52,670 nucleotides of DNA, taken from contig PBAZ01000020.1 of the NCBI GenBank assembly GCA_002717565.1, forward strand, positions 1 to 52,670, read 5' to 3'. This DNA is from Chloroflexota bacterium. GTDB taxonomy: Bacteria; Chloroflexota; Dehalococcoidia; Lucifugimonadales; GCA-2717565. A program made the position numbers and the translations under genes. The stretch's first letter is position 1. Every line of letters starts with the position of its first letter. Under the pieces are notes generated by a model, which did no database searches, was not told the DNA's origin, and was given only the letters and a program-made list of their open reading frames with translations. Positions 24,087 through 32,725 of this stretch are shown here, piece by piece.

Positions 24087-26105
24087 TTACAACATTCCCG
24101 CCCCACTTGTAGGCAAATTGGGCATTGGAATGCCCATTTCCGATGTATTTAGTGGTCCTTGTGGGATATTTGCTTGCGAAAGCTCAAGATTGTTGCCTTC
24201 GCCAGCGACTCCCTGCCCCGGAATCACTTGTGGAAGTTCTGGTTGTGGGGTCAAATAAACCCTCTGCGGATGTGCGATCATGAATGCGTCATACAACACA
24301 TCGAGACTTTTGTTGTACGTTTCAACATCAACTTCTGGTGGCAGTTGCAGTGACATTTGACCCACCATCTCCATAACCATCTGCGCCTGCTCGACACGCA
24401 GTTCTTGGTCGGGTCTTCTTGCCGATCCCGCTTCAATCCTGTAAGAGAACTCTCGAATAATATCGATATTATCCTCTAGTGTCCCCGTGTCCTGCCAAAC
24501 GACACTTGCGGTAACCGGAATAATGTTTATTTGAGACAGAGGTCTTGTCATTTGCAGCATTGGCATAATTGTTTGAAGAGCTTCTGCTGCCTCTTCTTCT
24601 GTCTCGAAGTATGTACCAATATCCCCCGAAATTTCTTTTAGCTCTTTCAGGGTCATCGGTTCGCCATTGGAAACGACATCTACACGATATCCATAAACAA
24701 CGTCTCCGCCGACAACTGCCTCCACTTCTTCTCCATCCAAGAGGAATCGTGCGAGAATTGCCTCTTTCCGAGCAGCCTCATTCATCCAGTATTCAACCAT
24801 CTCGGCTTTATCGTCAATTCTTGCACGACTGTTTCTATCTTTAACCGTAATCGCTCTCGCAGAGCGTTCGGCAACATTCGTTCGACCGTACAAGATTTCC
24901 TGAAGCCCAGTGCGTTGCTGAAAGAGTTCGATCAACAAGCGGAATGTTTCTTTTAGGTCTGATGGAATCCCTGGATGCTCTAACCAAGAGATCACCTCAT
25001 TAATAGAGCGACCTTGGGCTCCGGTCAATGAAACAACCTCCAGATCTCGACCACTGGAGATTTGAGAAATCACGTTCTCGTCAACCGAGGGATCAACACC
25101 AATAACATCTCGCGAAGCGTTTTTGGCTTTTGCCAGCATGAATGTTGCGAGAAAGTCGATTGCCTTCTGTTCACCTAAGGCAGGTTTGAGAGGAGCAATC
25201 GGATACAGTTCGCTTGGATGAGCGTGAAAATAAAGCGGTGTATGAAACCACTTCCCATCCAAAAACAATGGAGCGGGCCAAGACTCTATCGAAAGAGGTC
25301 TATCATGACCCGGACAAAAGATAATATGAACATTGTCTTCCTTGTCCTCCACCTCATCGGTTACTTCTTCTGGAGCATCTTTATATCGAACTCCAACACC
25401 CATTTTGGAATAGACTTCATAATAAACGACAAGATCCTGACTCACGCTTTTTTCTGTATGCTTCTCATTCGCCCCAAGGTTCAGGGACTTGCCCATATAT
25501 GAGGTTTTATTACCCTTGATCCCCTTTGCTGTTTCGGGGAAAAGTCTTTCGACGACCCAGACGGGTTCAACTCGACGACGAGCAACCCACCACATGTCTT
25601 TGAACCTTTTTGCATCCGGGTCAAATACCATGTTTTCCACTGACTCGAAGGTTGATCCAACGAGGCCGGTATCACGATCATACGATGTCCACAGCATTCC
25701 AAGTCCAGAGATCAGCGCATCATTGATCGCTTCTCTCGCCTCAATTTTCAGCCCCAGTTCATTAGGAGTGTAATTAAGATACGCTTCCATCACCCGTGAA
25801 AGAGCGTGCTTGACTGGATCTTTGCCACGAGAAGTAATCGTTCTTATCGGATTGTTCTGGTACAGAATCGGCCCGAACACTTCGATCATCTCGAACGTCA
25901 GGTTGATTGTCATCTGCGCCCAGGATTCACTTTTCGCCCACCCGGCAGCTTCCGCTTCATCATAGATGAATGAATGATCACCGGAATAAAACCGCATGAT
26001 GTCCCTGCGGTCTTTATTAAAGCGTTTGTTTTTAAGCTTCATCCCTGACTCGACCAGATCGGTCCAGATAGAAACAATACGCTTGTTAATCTCTTTCTTA
26101 TCCAA
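24087..26105 (-). CDS. portal protein
   Basis: 672 aa, immediately downstream of TerL (8-nt overlap) and upstream of scaffold and capsid. Assigned by size and position. Confidence 0.65.
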   Translation of the reverse strand: MDKKEINKRIVSIWTDLVESGMKLKNKRFNKDRRDIMRFYSGDHSFIYDEAEAAGWAKSESWAQMTINLTFEMIEVFGPILYQNNPIRTITSRGKDPVKHALSRVMEAYLNYTPNELGLKIEAREAINDALISGLGMLWTSYDRDTGLVGSTFESVENMVFDPDAKRFKDMWWVARRRVEPVWVVERLFPETAKGIKGNKTSYMGKSLNLGANEKHTEKSVSQDLVVYYEVYSKMGVGVRYKDAPEEVTDEVEDKEDNVHIIFCPGHDRPLSIESWPAPLFLDGKWFHTPLYFHAHPSELYPIAPLKPALGEQKAIDFLATFMLAKAKNASRDVIGVDPSVDENVISQISSGRDLEVVSLTGAQGRSINEVISWLEHPGIPSDLKETFRLLIELFQQRTGLQEILYGRTNVAERSARAITVKDRNSRARIDDKAEMVEYWMNEAARKEAILARFLLDGEEVEAVVGGDVVYGYRVDVVSNGEPMTLKELKEISGDIGTYFETEEEAAEALQTIMPMLQMTRPLSQINIIPVTASVVWQDTGTLEDNIDIIREFSYRIEAGSARRPDQELRVEQAQMVMEMVGQMSLQLPPEVDVETYNKSLDVLYDAFMIAHPQRVYLTPQPELPQVIPGQGVAGEGNNLELSQANIPQGPLNTSEMGIPMPNLPTSGAGML

Positions 26106-27939
26106 AGGTCAATCTCCCCGTTTTTTTGTTAGACCCCGAGTGCTTTTTCCAATACGACTCAAATTCTTTGTACCGGGAAAACCCGTCTTCAACTTTTGGT
26201 CGCAATCGGTCTGAGCGATCTTTGTATGGGCTCAGGTCTAAAAGCATCAATCCGATAGCCATAGCCATAATTCTGTCATCGTGTTTACCTGGGGTCGCTT
26301 GCCATTTGCGTGTATTTACGTTCCACGCAAAATCCTCCATCTCCTCTACGAACCCCTCATCATATATACGTAGTAGATGTTGTCGAGTAACCATTTTCAA
26401 AACATCTAACATTTCTCGACGGGTCTTGACGTTCGTATTCCACCCCGGTCGATTTGCCTTAGATCTTGGGTTGTTGATATCCCTTTGCCAGTACACATTG
26501 GGGTATCTCATGTGATAGGACAATCGACGACAAACTTCAGGGTTATGGTTATTCTCCGGGGCAATGACGGCTTTGTTATACCAGAGTCCAAGCCTGTATA
26601 ACTGGTCAACGAGTTCATCGGCATCAACCAGACATGATAAAGCAGCAACTGCCTCTATGGAGGAGCGCTTTAGAACATAGGCACTGTGATAATCGCCACC
26701 CGGAATTCCTTCCGACACGTCCACGGCAATAACGTATTTTTCTCTAGAGATCGGTTTTTCCCATACGTGGAGAGAGCCGTGTTTATTCGGGTCGAATACC
26801 GGATATCCACCCTCGGAAATCCCCATATCTCCAACGACTTTGGGTGGAGCGACGCTCTCTCGGTAGTGTTTCTTCACCGATTCGGGGAAAAATCTCTTTT
26901 CGCTGACGGCAAACGCATCTCTGAGGGTTGCCGGATAGTATCGATCCCAGATACCGACTTCGCCACCACACTTGTTTTTAATGCACCAGCGACGATATTC
27001 AAACTGCTCATCTGAAATCAGATATCCCTCTGTATCGAGGATTTCTCCCTTAATATGGTCCTCTTCTTGGGTGATTCTCCACCCAGAATCGGTGATTTCA
27101 CGGGTATATTTGTCGTTCAAATACCACGGCAAAAAGACCACTTCATAGTCATTATCACCCTTGATTGCCCCCATACACATGCGGTAAAAGAAGGGATCTC
27201 GTCCATTTGCGGTGGATTCGAGGATAATCGCAGTTTCATGGTGATCGGGGATCGAGGATGCGATGGATGTCCACGCTTTCCACGGATCTTGACCTGAATC
27301 TGCCCAGTTTGCGACCTCAGACCCATGAAATAGGGTCGGAGTTGTACCTTTTGCCAGGGCATCACCGGATCGAGCGGTCATGACCATATACTTGGAACCG
27401 TGCGGTTCTATGTACTCTAGCTCGGTTTTTGCGCTATATTTCAGCCCACGCTGCATATCCTGGGGCAAAAAGTCGTAAAAACGGCGAGATATCTGGAAGA
27501 TATAGCTACTTGACTCTGCGTTATGGGCAACGACAGCAGCTTCTTCATGGTCATTATTATAGAGTCGTTCAAAGAATAAGGCTTGGATTAGGGTTGTTAT
27601 CCCCTGTTTCCGGGCTTTCGGAATCAGCAACCGGGTCGGTTTCTTCATCTCCTGATAATATTTCATCTTCCGGTACAGGATCAGTTGGCTTTCGTTCAGC
27701 CGGAAGGGGATGATCTTCTGATTCATCTGATCCGGTCCCCCGTCCGACAGATCCTCGTCCGTTGCCTGCCTCTGTTCCGCTGATATCTTCAGGTAGTTTT
27801 CGATCCAGATTGCGGGCTCCTTCATCAGGCCCGCTGCCATCTCCTGAAGGTTTTGATCCGACACCAAGGATATCGACGTATCGGTTGATTGCACTCTTAG
27901 CCTCCTCGACCGAGGGTAATGCCCTCTCTTGATGTACAT
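26098..27939 (-). CDS. terL: terminase large subunit
   Basis: Walker-A-like LLIPKARKQGITT. Nuclease-domain-like VIAVDVSEG and GKHDDRIMAMAIGL. Up to 613 aa. The true start is uncertain (ATGs at 27939, 27840, 27825, 27726, 27666 and 27648). Confidence 0.8.
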   Translation of the reverse strand: MYIKRGHYPRSRRLRVQSTDTSISLVSDQNLQEMAAGLMKEPAIWIENYLKISAEQRQATDEDLSDGGPDQMNQKIIPFRLNESQLILYRKMKYYQEMKKPTRLLIPKARKQGITTLIQALFFERLYNNDHEEAAVVAHNAESSSYIFQISRRFYDFLPQDMQRGLKYSAKTELEYIEPHGSKYMVMTARSGDALAKGTTPTLFHGSEVANWADSGQDPWKAWTSIASSIPDHHETAIILESTANGRDPFFYRMCMGAIKGDNDYEVVFLPWYLNDKYTREITDSGWRITQEEDHIKGEILDTEGYLISDEQFEYRRWCIKNKCGGEVGIWDRYYPATLRDAFAVSEKRFFPESVKKHYRESVAPPKVVGDMGISEGGYPVFDPNKHGSLHVWEKPISREKYVIAVDVSEGIPGGDYHSAYVLKRSSIEAVAALSCLVDADELVDQLYRLGLWYNKAVIAPENNHNPEVCRRLSYHMRYPNVYWQRDINNPRSKANRPGWNTNVKTRREMLDVLKMVTRQHLLRIYDEGFVEEMEDFAWNVNTRKWQATPGKHDDRIMAMAIGLMLLDLSPYKDRSDRLRPKVEDGFSRYKEFESYWKKHSGSNKKTGRLTFG

Positions 27940-28270
27940 TATTGTTTATCTGGACATTCATCATGCTGTCCGGCACACCGGAACAGAGCTTGTTCTCTAG
28001 TGATAATGCCTCCATCGCCAACCCAATACCCGCTTCGTGCATACCCGACAGAATCTTGGCGGCACTTAACAATACATTCGGGGTCTTCTTCTTCCGAGCC
28101 ATCTCCACAGCCTCATCCAGAAGCGAACGAATATCGGCGGGTGAACTGACCTGCAACGCTTGTTCGGCTTTCTTCTGGATGAATCCAAGGTTGTCCTTCA
28201 AAGTCAAAGACTTTTCCAGGGCAGTCATGGTCGGAAGTTCCAGTGCGGATGCCTTCGTCTTCCTTATCAT
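27569..28270 (-). CDS. small terminase subunit candidate with long acidic low-complexity tail
   Basis: 233 aa, first gene of the packaging operon, RBS AAGGAG. The N-terminal half is helical. The 3' end overlaps TerL out of frame. Confidence 0.4.
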   Translation of the reverse strand: MIRKTKASALELPTMTALEKSLTLKDNLGFIQKKAEQALQVSSPADIRSLLDEAVEMARKKKTPNVLLSAAKILSGMHEAGIGLAMEALSLENKLCSGVPDSMMNVQINNNVHQERALPSVEEAKSAINRYVDILGVGSKPSGDGSGPDEGARNLDRKLPEDISGTEAGNGRGSVGRGTGSDESEDHPLPAERKPTDPVPEDEILSGDEETDPVADSESPETGDNNPNPSLIL

Positions 28271-28290
28271 TCACTCTTCTCCTTTTATCT

Positions 28291-28419
28291 GGCAAAAAAA
28301 AACAGGGTCGCACATCCCGATGTGCTCCATGAATGTACGACCCGGAGGCTCTGCTTCCTCTGGACTCACCACTTGGGTAGGTGACACCGTGTGAATACAA
28401 CCAGTGGGGCGTGTATCAC
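28291..28419 (-). promoter_or_regulatory. conserved structured leader / candidate cis-regulatory RNA, copy B
   Basis: On the - strand, in order: 5' hairpin (28391-28419); core (28342-28388) GTGTCACCTACCCAAGTGGTGAGTCCAGAGGAAGCAGAGCCTCCGG; terminator; T-run ending 23 nt before ATG 28270. Confidence 0.6.
28294..28343 (-). terminator. intrinsic terminator (3' part of leader copy B)
   Basis: On the - strand, GGGTCGTACA (28334-28343) pairs with TGTGCGACCC (28305-28314), followed by TG plus nine T (28294-28302). An alternative inner hairpin is GCACATC/GATGTGC (28310-28325). Confidence 0.6.
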
Positions 28420-28500
28420 GAAGACATGATACAAACAACACCCAGTAAAAAAAATCCCAAAATCCACGAAATATACTGTTGAAGTTTTAAATCTCGATGT

Positions 28501-28637
28501 TAAAATCAGCGTCAAAGCACACTGATCAGATGTTTACTTCTCCCCTATCTAGGCGCTCTTAACTATTTCCCCGATCCAGCGGGAACGTAAGTGGGAGTCT
28601 GGTCGGGGCAAATAAACAAATAAAGACGCTGATTTTA
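28501..28637. repeat. 13-bp inverted repeat TAAAATCAGCGTC (28501-28513 / 28625-37)
   Basis: Exact reverse-complement match. It encloses the hairpin CCCCGATCCAG...CTGGTCGGGG (28570-28608). Confidence 0.8.
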
Positions 28638-28780
28638 CTATCTTCACTTATGTCAGGCAAGACCTGGCTTTTTTTATGCCTATAGTCAAGCAACTACTAG
28701 TATCTAGTAACCCATATCGAATTGTACGGAAAAAATAGAAGTAAGTGGGGTCTTCGTCGACTCCCGCTTACGCTCCCGCT
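28578..28780. repeat. 22-bp inverted repeat (28578-28599 / 28759-28780), built from AGYGGGA half-sites
   Basis: AGCGGGAACGTAAGTGGGAGTC versus the reverse complement AGCGGGAGCGTAAGCGGGAGTC (20/22). An extra GTAAGTGGGG copy lies at 28741-28750. Confidence 0.75.
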
Positions 28781-29203
28781 CCTACGACCCCAAGGTAGAA
28801 GAGAAGTGAAGGGATGAGGAGAAAGGCGTTTTTAGGAAAAAATAGAGAATTTTTATAGAGAGGCTAAATATATATTTTCACGATCCGCTTGGGGGCATGG
28901 GGCCTTCTGTTTTTGGGTACCCCCTCCGCCCTTGCAGGTACTCTCACTCACCGACAGCATCCCTACTGTACTTGACCTCCTCTCTCGCCAGAGTGCCGGG
29001 ATTTAACATCCTCTTTATCTCACTCATAAACCCCAACTGTTACAGCTTAGCCTACCGGGGGGTACCGTAGTCATCCACATTAACCAGTAGCTTTCTCACC
29101 CGCTGCCACAACCCCTCTGCTGAAAGGCAGTTAAGGAAGGGGCGGGGCAAGCCCCTGCACCCAAAGGCAAAAGGCATTGACCAAAGGAAGAATTGCAAAC
29201 TCA

Positions 29204-29309
29204 ATGCCAAAACTCACCGACTTTCTAACAATTCCCATGCCATCCACCCCGAACCCCAAGAACAAACCACATGCCAAAACTACTCGCCTTTTGAACAATT
29301 CCCATGCCA
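29204..29309 (+). repeat. two 39-bp direct repeats (29204-29242, 29271-29309), giving four (C)ATGCCA sites at about 33-bp spacing
   Basis: ATGCCAAAACTCACCGACTTTCTAACAATTCCCATGCCA versus ATGCCAAAACTACTCGCCTTTTGAACAATTCCCATGCCA (33/39). Confidence 0.8.
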
Positions 29310-29553
29310 AACTTTTTATTCTTTTTCCTATCATTTTCTACGGGAGTATGGTAGGGGATTTTCCTCCTCCCCAATTCCCCGAGATCAACTGTTTCCAGAA
29401 ATGCAAACATAAAAATATCTTTTAAAAATCCGGTATTTTACTGGATATACCCAAAAAGGACAGTATACTTAGGGAGTCCCGCACGAACAGACGAGCGGGG
29501 CACCCCAAACTGGGGTAGTAACTTTTCGCCTTTCTTTTAAGGAGCTTTCAGAC

Positions 29554-30024
29554 ATGTCAACAATCGATGAACTCAAACCAATCGCCGTTCCCCTACAGGG
29601 TTGGATCAAGAAAGCGGTCCACAAAAAAACCTCCGGACGCTGGACCTTTCACGAGGTCCTCATCCACCGCTTCACCAAGAAAGGTGAGGAAAAACCCTTT
29701 GAAGTCACCATTTGGGATCGTGAGGATCTAGTCGAGGAATTAGAAGACTATCGCATCGGCGACTTCATTTCCCTCACCGCTCTCCTCGATTCTCGCACCA
29801 ACGACACCGAGAAGCGGACCTATATTAATTTGTCCCTTCTCATGAACGAGAATGACGCTTGTGTCATTCACCCCCGCAAGGTCGTTGTGCGTGAACTTAC
29901 CGCACTCGAAAAGGCAGAGAACGAGAACAAGGATCTACGCTCGATTATAGCTGACATTCAGGGCCAGCTGAATGAGCTTAAAGATGCGGCCAAGCCCAAG
30001 AGTAAAGCGAAGGCAGGAAAATAG
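29554..30024 (+). CDS. hypothetical protein (first early gene of segment B)
   Basis: 156 aa with RBS AAGGAG. Basic coiled-coil C-terminus. Confidence 0.55.
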   Translation: MSTIDELKPIAVPLQGWIKKAVHKKTSGRWTFHEVLIHRFTKKGEEKPFEVTIWDREDLVEELEDYRIGDFISLTALLDSRTNDTEKRTYINLSLLMNENDACVIHPRKVVVRELTALEKAENENKDLRSIIADIQGQLNELKDAAKPKSKAKAGK

Positions 30025-30033
30025 GCCAAACCT

Positions 30034-30076
30034 GACCCTTCCTAAGTACCTGTCACACAGGTGGTTAGGGAGGGTC
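30034..30076. terminator. long compound hairpin after 29554..30024 (terminator or operator candidate)
   Basis: GACCCTTCCTAA pairs with TTAGGGAGGGTC (11/12), enclosing ACCTGT-CAC-ACAGGT. An A9/T5 tract follows about 15 nt downstream. Confidence 0.35.
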
Positions 30077-30188
30077 TGCCTATATCCCAAAAAAAAATTT
30101 TTCAAAGGCATTTCCAGGTAAAACGCCAGAAATACGGGATCAGTACGCCTTAAACAATTAATCATCTAACTAAATGAGAGGACTCACA

Positions 30189-30467
30189 ATGAGCTACGAA
30201 GAAGAAATCAAACTACACAATCGTGAATGTGAAGAGTATCTCGACTCAATCCTCCAACGACTCCAGAGATACGAGACAAACGGGACCACTGAATCTCGTC
30301 CATCTGATAGAGAATTCAGGGTGCTATATGATGCAGGGTACTGCACATGTGACGAAAACGTCGGATATACCTGCACAATATGCGGCTCAATCGGACTCAC
30401 ATTCCGACAATACCTCACCGAAAATTCCGAATACAACTACGAAACTCTCTCCTGGGAAAACAAATAA
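30189..30467 (+). CDS. hypothetical Cys-containing small protein
   Basis: ORF 30174..30467. The second ATG (30189) has the better SD (GAGAGGA). Contains CTC...CTIC motifs. Confidence 0.5.
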   Translation: MSYEEEIKLHNRECEEYLDSILQRLQRYETNGTTESRPSDREFRVLYDAGYCTCDENVGYTCTICGSIGLTFRQYLTENSEYNYETLSWENK

Positions 30468-30468
30468 C

Positions 30469-30858
30469 ATGAATGAAACACAAACCCGTGCAATCGAATA
30501 CGCTGACTACCTCATGACCTACACACTACCAATGTCCTCCATACCCAAACGGGATCCCGAAAACATCCGACAAGCAATCATCAGTCTAATTCGAGACGGG
30601 ATCGAGCCAGCTACCTTGACAACCGAACTCATCCGTTGGCCGGTAGACTGCGACAACATCAGCGGAGAACTCTGGAAAAGATTCAAAGACTCTGCTCCAA
30701 GAAACTTCTGTCCAACATGCGAAACAGAAGTAGAACTCTGCGAAGTAGATGTCGAACCAGACGTAATCCTATCTCATGCAATTGAATCACTCGTAGACGG
30801 AAGAATTTACTGTTCCGCTAAATGCATAGACCTTTCAATCAAACAATGGGATCAATGA
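30469..30858 (+). CDS. hypothetical protein with CxxC pair
   Basis: Internal ATG 30469 (MNETQTRAIEY...), directly after the TAA of the upstream gene. 129 aa. Contains CPTCE...CSAKC. Confidence 0.5.
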   Translation: MNETQTRAIEYADYLMTYTLPMSSIPKRDPENIRQAIISLIRDGIEPATLTTELIRWPVDCDNISGELWKRFKDSAPRNFCPTCETEVELCEVDVEPDVILSHAIESLVDGRIYCSAKCIDLSIKQWDQ

Positions 30859-30859
30859 A

Positions 30860-31348
30860 ATGCAAACCTTACAATCCTCTTCCAATCTTCATCCTCTCCT
30901 CCTAATCATCAGGGGACTACCGGGATCAGGCAAAAGCACTGAAGCAAAACGATATGCACAGGAACACGCTATTGCCACTACCGATGACTACCCCGGACTA
31001 TATTCTAGGTGGGGTGACTTAGCTGGGGAGCCACTGGAATTCAATGGATCAAAAATGCTTGGCGAATTCCCATTGATCGCACACGCACACAAAGCAAATG
31101 AAGTGAAAGTGCGTAAGTTAATGCAAGACGGTGAACCATGTATCGTCGTCCCAAACACAAGCACCAGGCACTGGGAGTACCACATATATACAGAAATGGC
31201 AAAAGAGTTTGGCTACAACGAGGAACAGATTGACCTATACGATGCCGGTCTATCTGACGAAGAACTATACGAACGCTGCGTTCACAATGTTCCAATCGAA
31301 GTCATTGCAAAGATGCGCTCACGTTATCAACGAGGACCAAAAAAATGA
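30860..31348 (+). CDS. P-loop NTPase / kinase-like protein (AAA_33-like)
   Basis: 162 aa. Walker A motif IIRGLPGSGKST near the N-terminus. The small size is typical of nucleotide or polynucleotide kinase-like proteins. Confidence 0.6.
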   Translation: MQTLQSSSNLHPLLLIIRGLPGSGKSTEAKRYAQEHAIATTDDYPGLYSRWGDLAGEPLEFNGSKMLGEFPLIAHAHKANEVKVRKLMQDGEPCIVVPNTSTRHWEYHIYTEMAKEFGYNEEQIDLYDAGLSDEELYERCVHNVPIEVIAKMRSRYQRGPKK

Positions 31349-31632
31349 AAACGCTACACATGACTACTCTTGAAGACGGAGATCTATACCAACGAGTGGA
31401 GGATTCCACCAAAGCTGAATGGAAACACATTAACAAACTCATCTCCAAAGGATGGAAGTTCATTAACAAAGGAGCATACAAAGACTTTGCGGTAAAAGTA
31501 CTTGTCCTTGACACCAACATACCTCTTTATTGCCTGTCCGAACCCGTTCAAAGACGATACAAAGCCAGAAAGAAACATAACAGCGACTTTGCAAACAGTC
31601 CCGCCATGAAATTCGCAGAAGCTTACGAATAA
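31345..31632 (+). CDS. hypothetical protein
   Basis: 95-aa ORF with ATGA overlap with the upstream gene. Confidence 0.5.
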   Translation: MKTLHMTTLEDGDLYQRVEDSTKAEWKHINKLISKGWKFINKGAYKDFAVKVLVLDTNIPLYCLSEPVQRRYKARKKHNSDFANSPAMKFAEAYE

Positions 31633-31666
31633 CACGAAACCGAAATCAGAGAAGGCTACGAAAACA

Positions 31667-32047
31667 ATGGATAAACCAAAAAGAATAACAGAGCAAATCG
31701 AATCTCGGAGACGAGAAAATCCCTTTAGTAAAACCGGTAGAGCAAAACCAGATGACTGGTTCCTGATCTCTGGCAATTCAATCAACCATCTCTACTCGAT
31801 CATCCATAAACTCAACAAGACATTGAGAGGAGAAGATCAATACAACATCCAGAAAATAATAGGAGAAGCAATTCTCCCTGAGATTCTGGAAAAAGGAGAG
31901 TTAAGCCCATACTGGACGACTGACGAACAGGGCAATATTAAAGAGCAAGCAAGGAGGACAAATGGAACATCCTTGTACCGAACTCCAAGCGATCTTCCAT
32001 CAACTCAACAGCACATTAAGAGGAAAAGATCAAATGATCCACGATGA
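31667..32047 (+). CDS. hypothetical protein (shares HKLNKTLRGEDQ motif with the next gene)
   Basis: 126 aa. The N-terminus ITEQIESRRRENPFSKTG is encoded by DNA patches near-identical to parts of 41094..41408. Confidence 0.5.
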   Translation: MDKPKRITEQIESRRRENPFSKTGRAKPDDWFLISGNSINHLYSIIHKLNKTLRGEDQYNIQKIIGEAILPEILEKGELSPYWTTDEQGNIKEQARRTNGTSLYRTPSDLPSTQQHIKRKRSNDPR

Positions 32048-32207
32048 CATTTGGAGTGACAAATCCCCGAAACAACTCCTCCTCTCTTACCCTTACGGAC
32101 CTCCATCCTGCATAGACGACGAGGACATCAGATGCACGGGATCACTGCTCGGACTCCAACCCACCTTTGTCGAAGCAATAATCCAAGTAACTAAACCACA
32201 ACGATAA
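31962..32207 (+). CDS. hypothetical protein (paralog-like of 31667..32047)
   Basis: 81 aa. Strong RBS AAGGAGG 4 nt before the ATG. Contains the motif HQLNSTLRGKDQ. Overlaps the upstream ORF by 86 nt. Confidence 0.5.
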   Translation: MEHPCTELQAIFHQLNSTLRGKDQMIHDDIWSDKSPKQLLLSYPYGPPSCIDDEDIRCTGSLLGLQPTFVEAIIQVTKPQR

Positions 32208-32224
32208 GCTATAGCAAAACACTC

Positions 32225-32268
32225 GTTGCCCCGTGGCTGGGTGCCGGGGCAACTCGTGTTGTTTTACT
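32225..32268 (+). terminator. intrinsic terminator
   Basis: Stem GTTGCCCCG (32225-32233) pairs with CGGGGCAAC (32245-32253). The stem is extendable with flanking ACAC/GTGT. Followed by a T-rich TCGTGTTGTTTT. Confidence 0.6.
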
Positions 32269-32298
32269 AAACCATTTGAATAAGGACTAACGACTAAA

Positions 32299-32487
32299 AT
32301 GAAGAGCAAAGAACCATGGATCGTAACTATCCAATGCATAGTCACAAATAGCGACGACAGTCCAGCAACTTGGTCAGAATGGGAACTCATCGACTTTCTA
32401 GCAGCCAGCACCTGCGACACCTGCGCACAATCACCTGTTGTAAACGTGACTGCCGAGAGACTTGTCCCAGAAAAGGAAAAGAAATGA
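32299..32487 (+). CDS. hypothetical protein
   Basis: 62-aa ORF with ATGA overlap with the next gene. Confidence 0.45.
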   Translation: MKSKEPWIVTIQCIVTNSDDSPATWSEWELIDFLAASTCDTCAQSPVVNVTAERLVPEKEKK

Positions 32488-32720
32488 AAAAAATATCCCT
32501 GTTAGACCAAGCAATCCGTTGCAAAAACCCATATGCCGCAGTAGCCATAAGCGACAAGATGGAAAGAATCGGACTAAACTATCACGAACAATTTGCCTAC
32601 CTGAAATCTAAATACCCAGATCTCACGTTAGCCGAGTGGGATGGCCTCCTCTACGCAGGAGAACACGACAGCGAACTAAGAAACTACGACATTTTTACAA
32701 AGTTTAGGAGGAAGAAATAA
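32484..32720 (+). CDS. hypothetical protein
   Basis: Internal ATG 32484 (MKKISLLDQ...) of ORF 32370..32720. 78 aa. Confidence 0.5.
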   Translation: MKKISLLDQAIRCKNPYAAVAISDKMERIGLNYHEQFAYLKSKYPDLTLAEWDGLLYAGEHDSELRNYDIFTKFRRKK

Positions 32721-32725
32721 CTGAT

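Larger units (their letters stand above)
1..28419. mobile_element. Phage(-like) genome segment A (GC-richer): + strand early/recombination genes 1-7553, - strand virion/lysis/packaging genes 7468-28270
   Basis: Dense, co-oriented, often ATGA/4-nt-overlapping ORFs. Recognisable TerL, portal-sized, scaffold-like, capsid-sized, SSAP and resolvase-like genes. Left end is cut by the window. Confidence 0.8.

Noticed and set aside
28420-29553. tRNA or tmRNA gene / attachment site at the junction of the two segments
   Set aside because: I could find no cloverleaf, no T-loop GTTCRAATC-type motif and no CCA-proximal acceptor pairing by eye. No integrase lies nearby.
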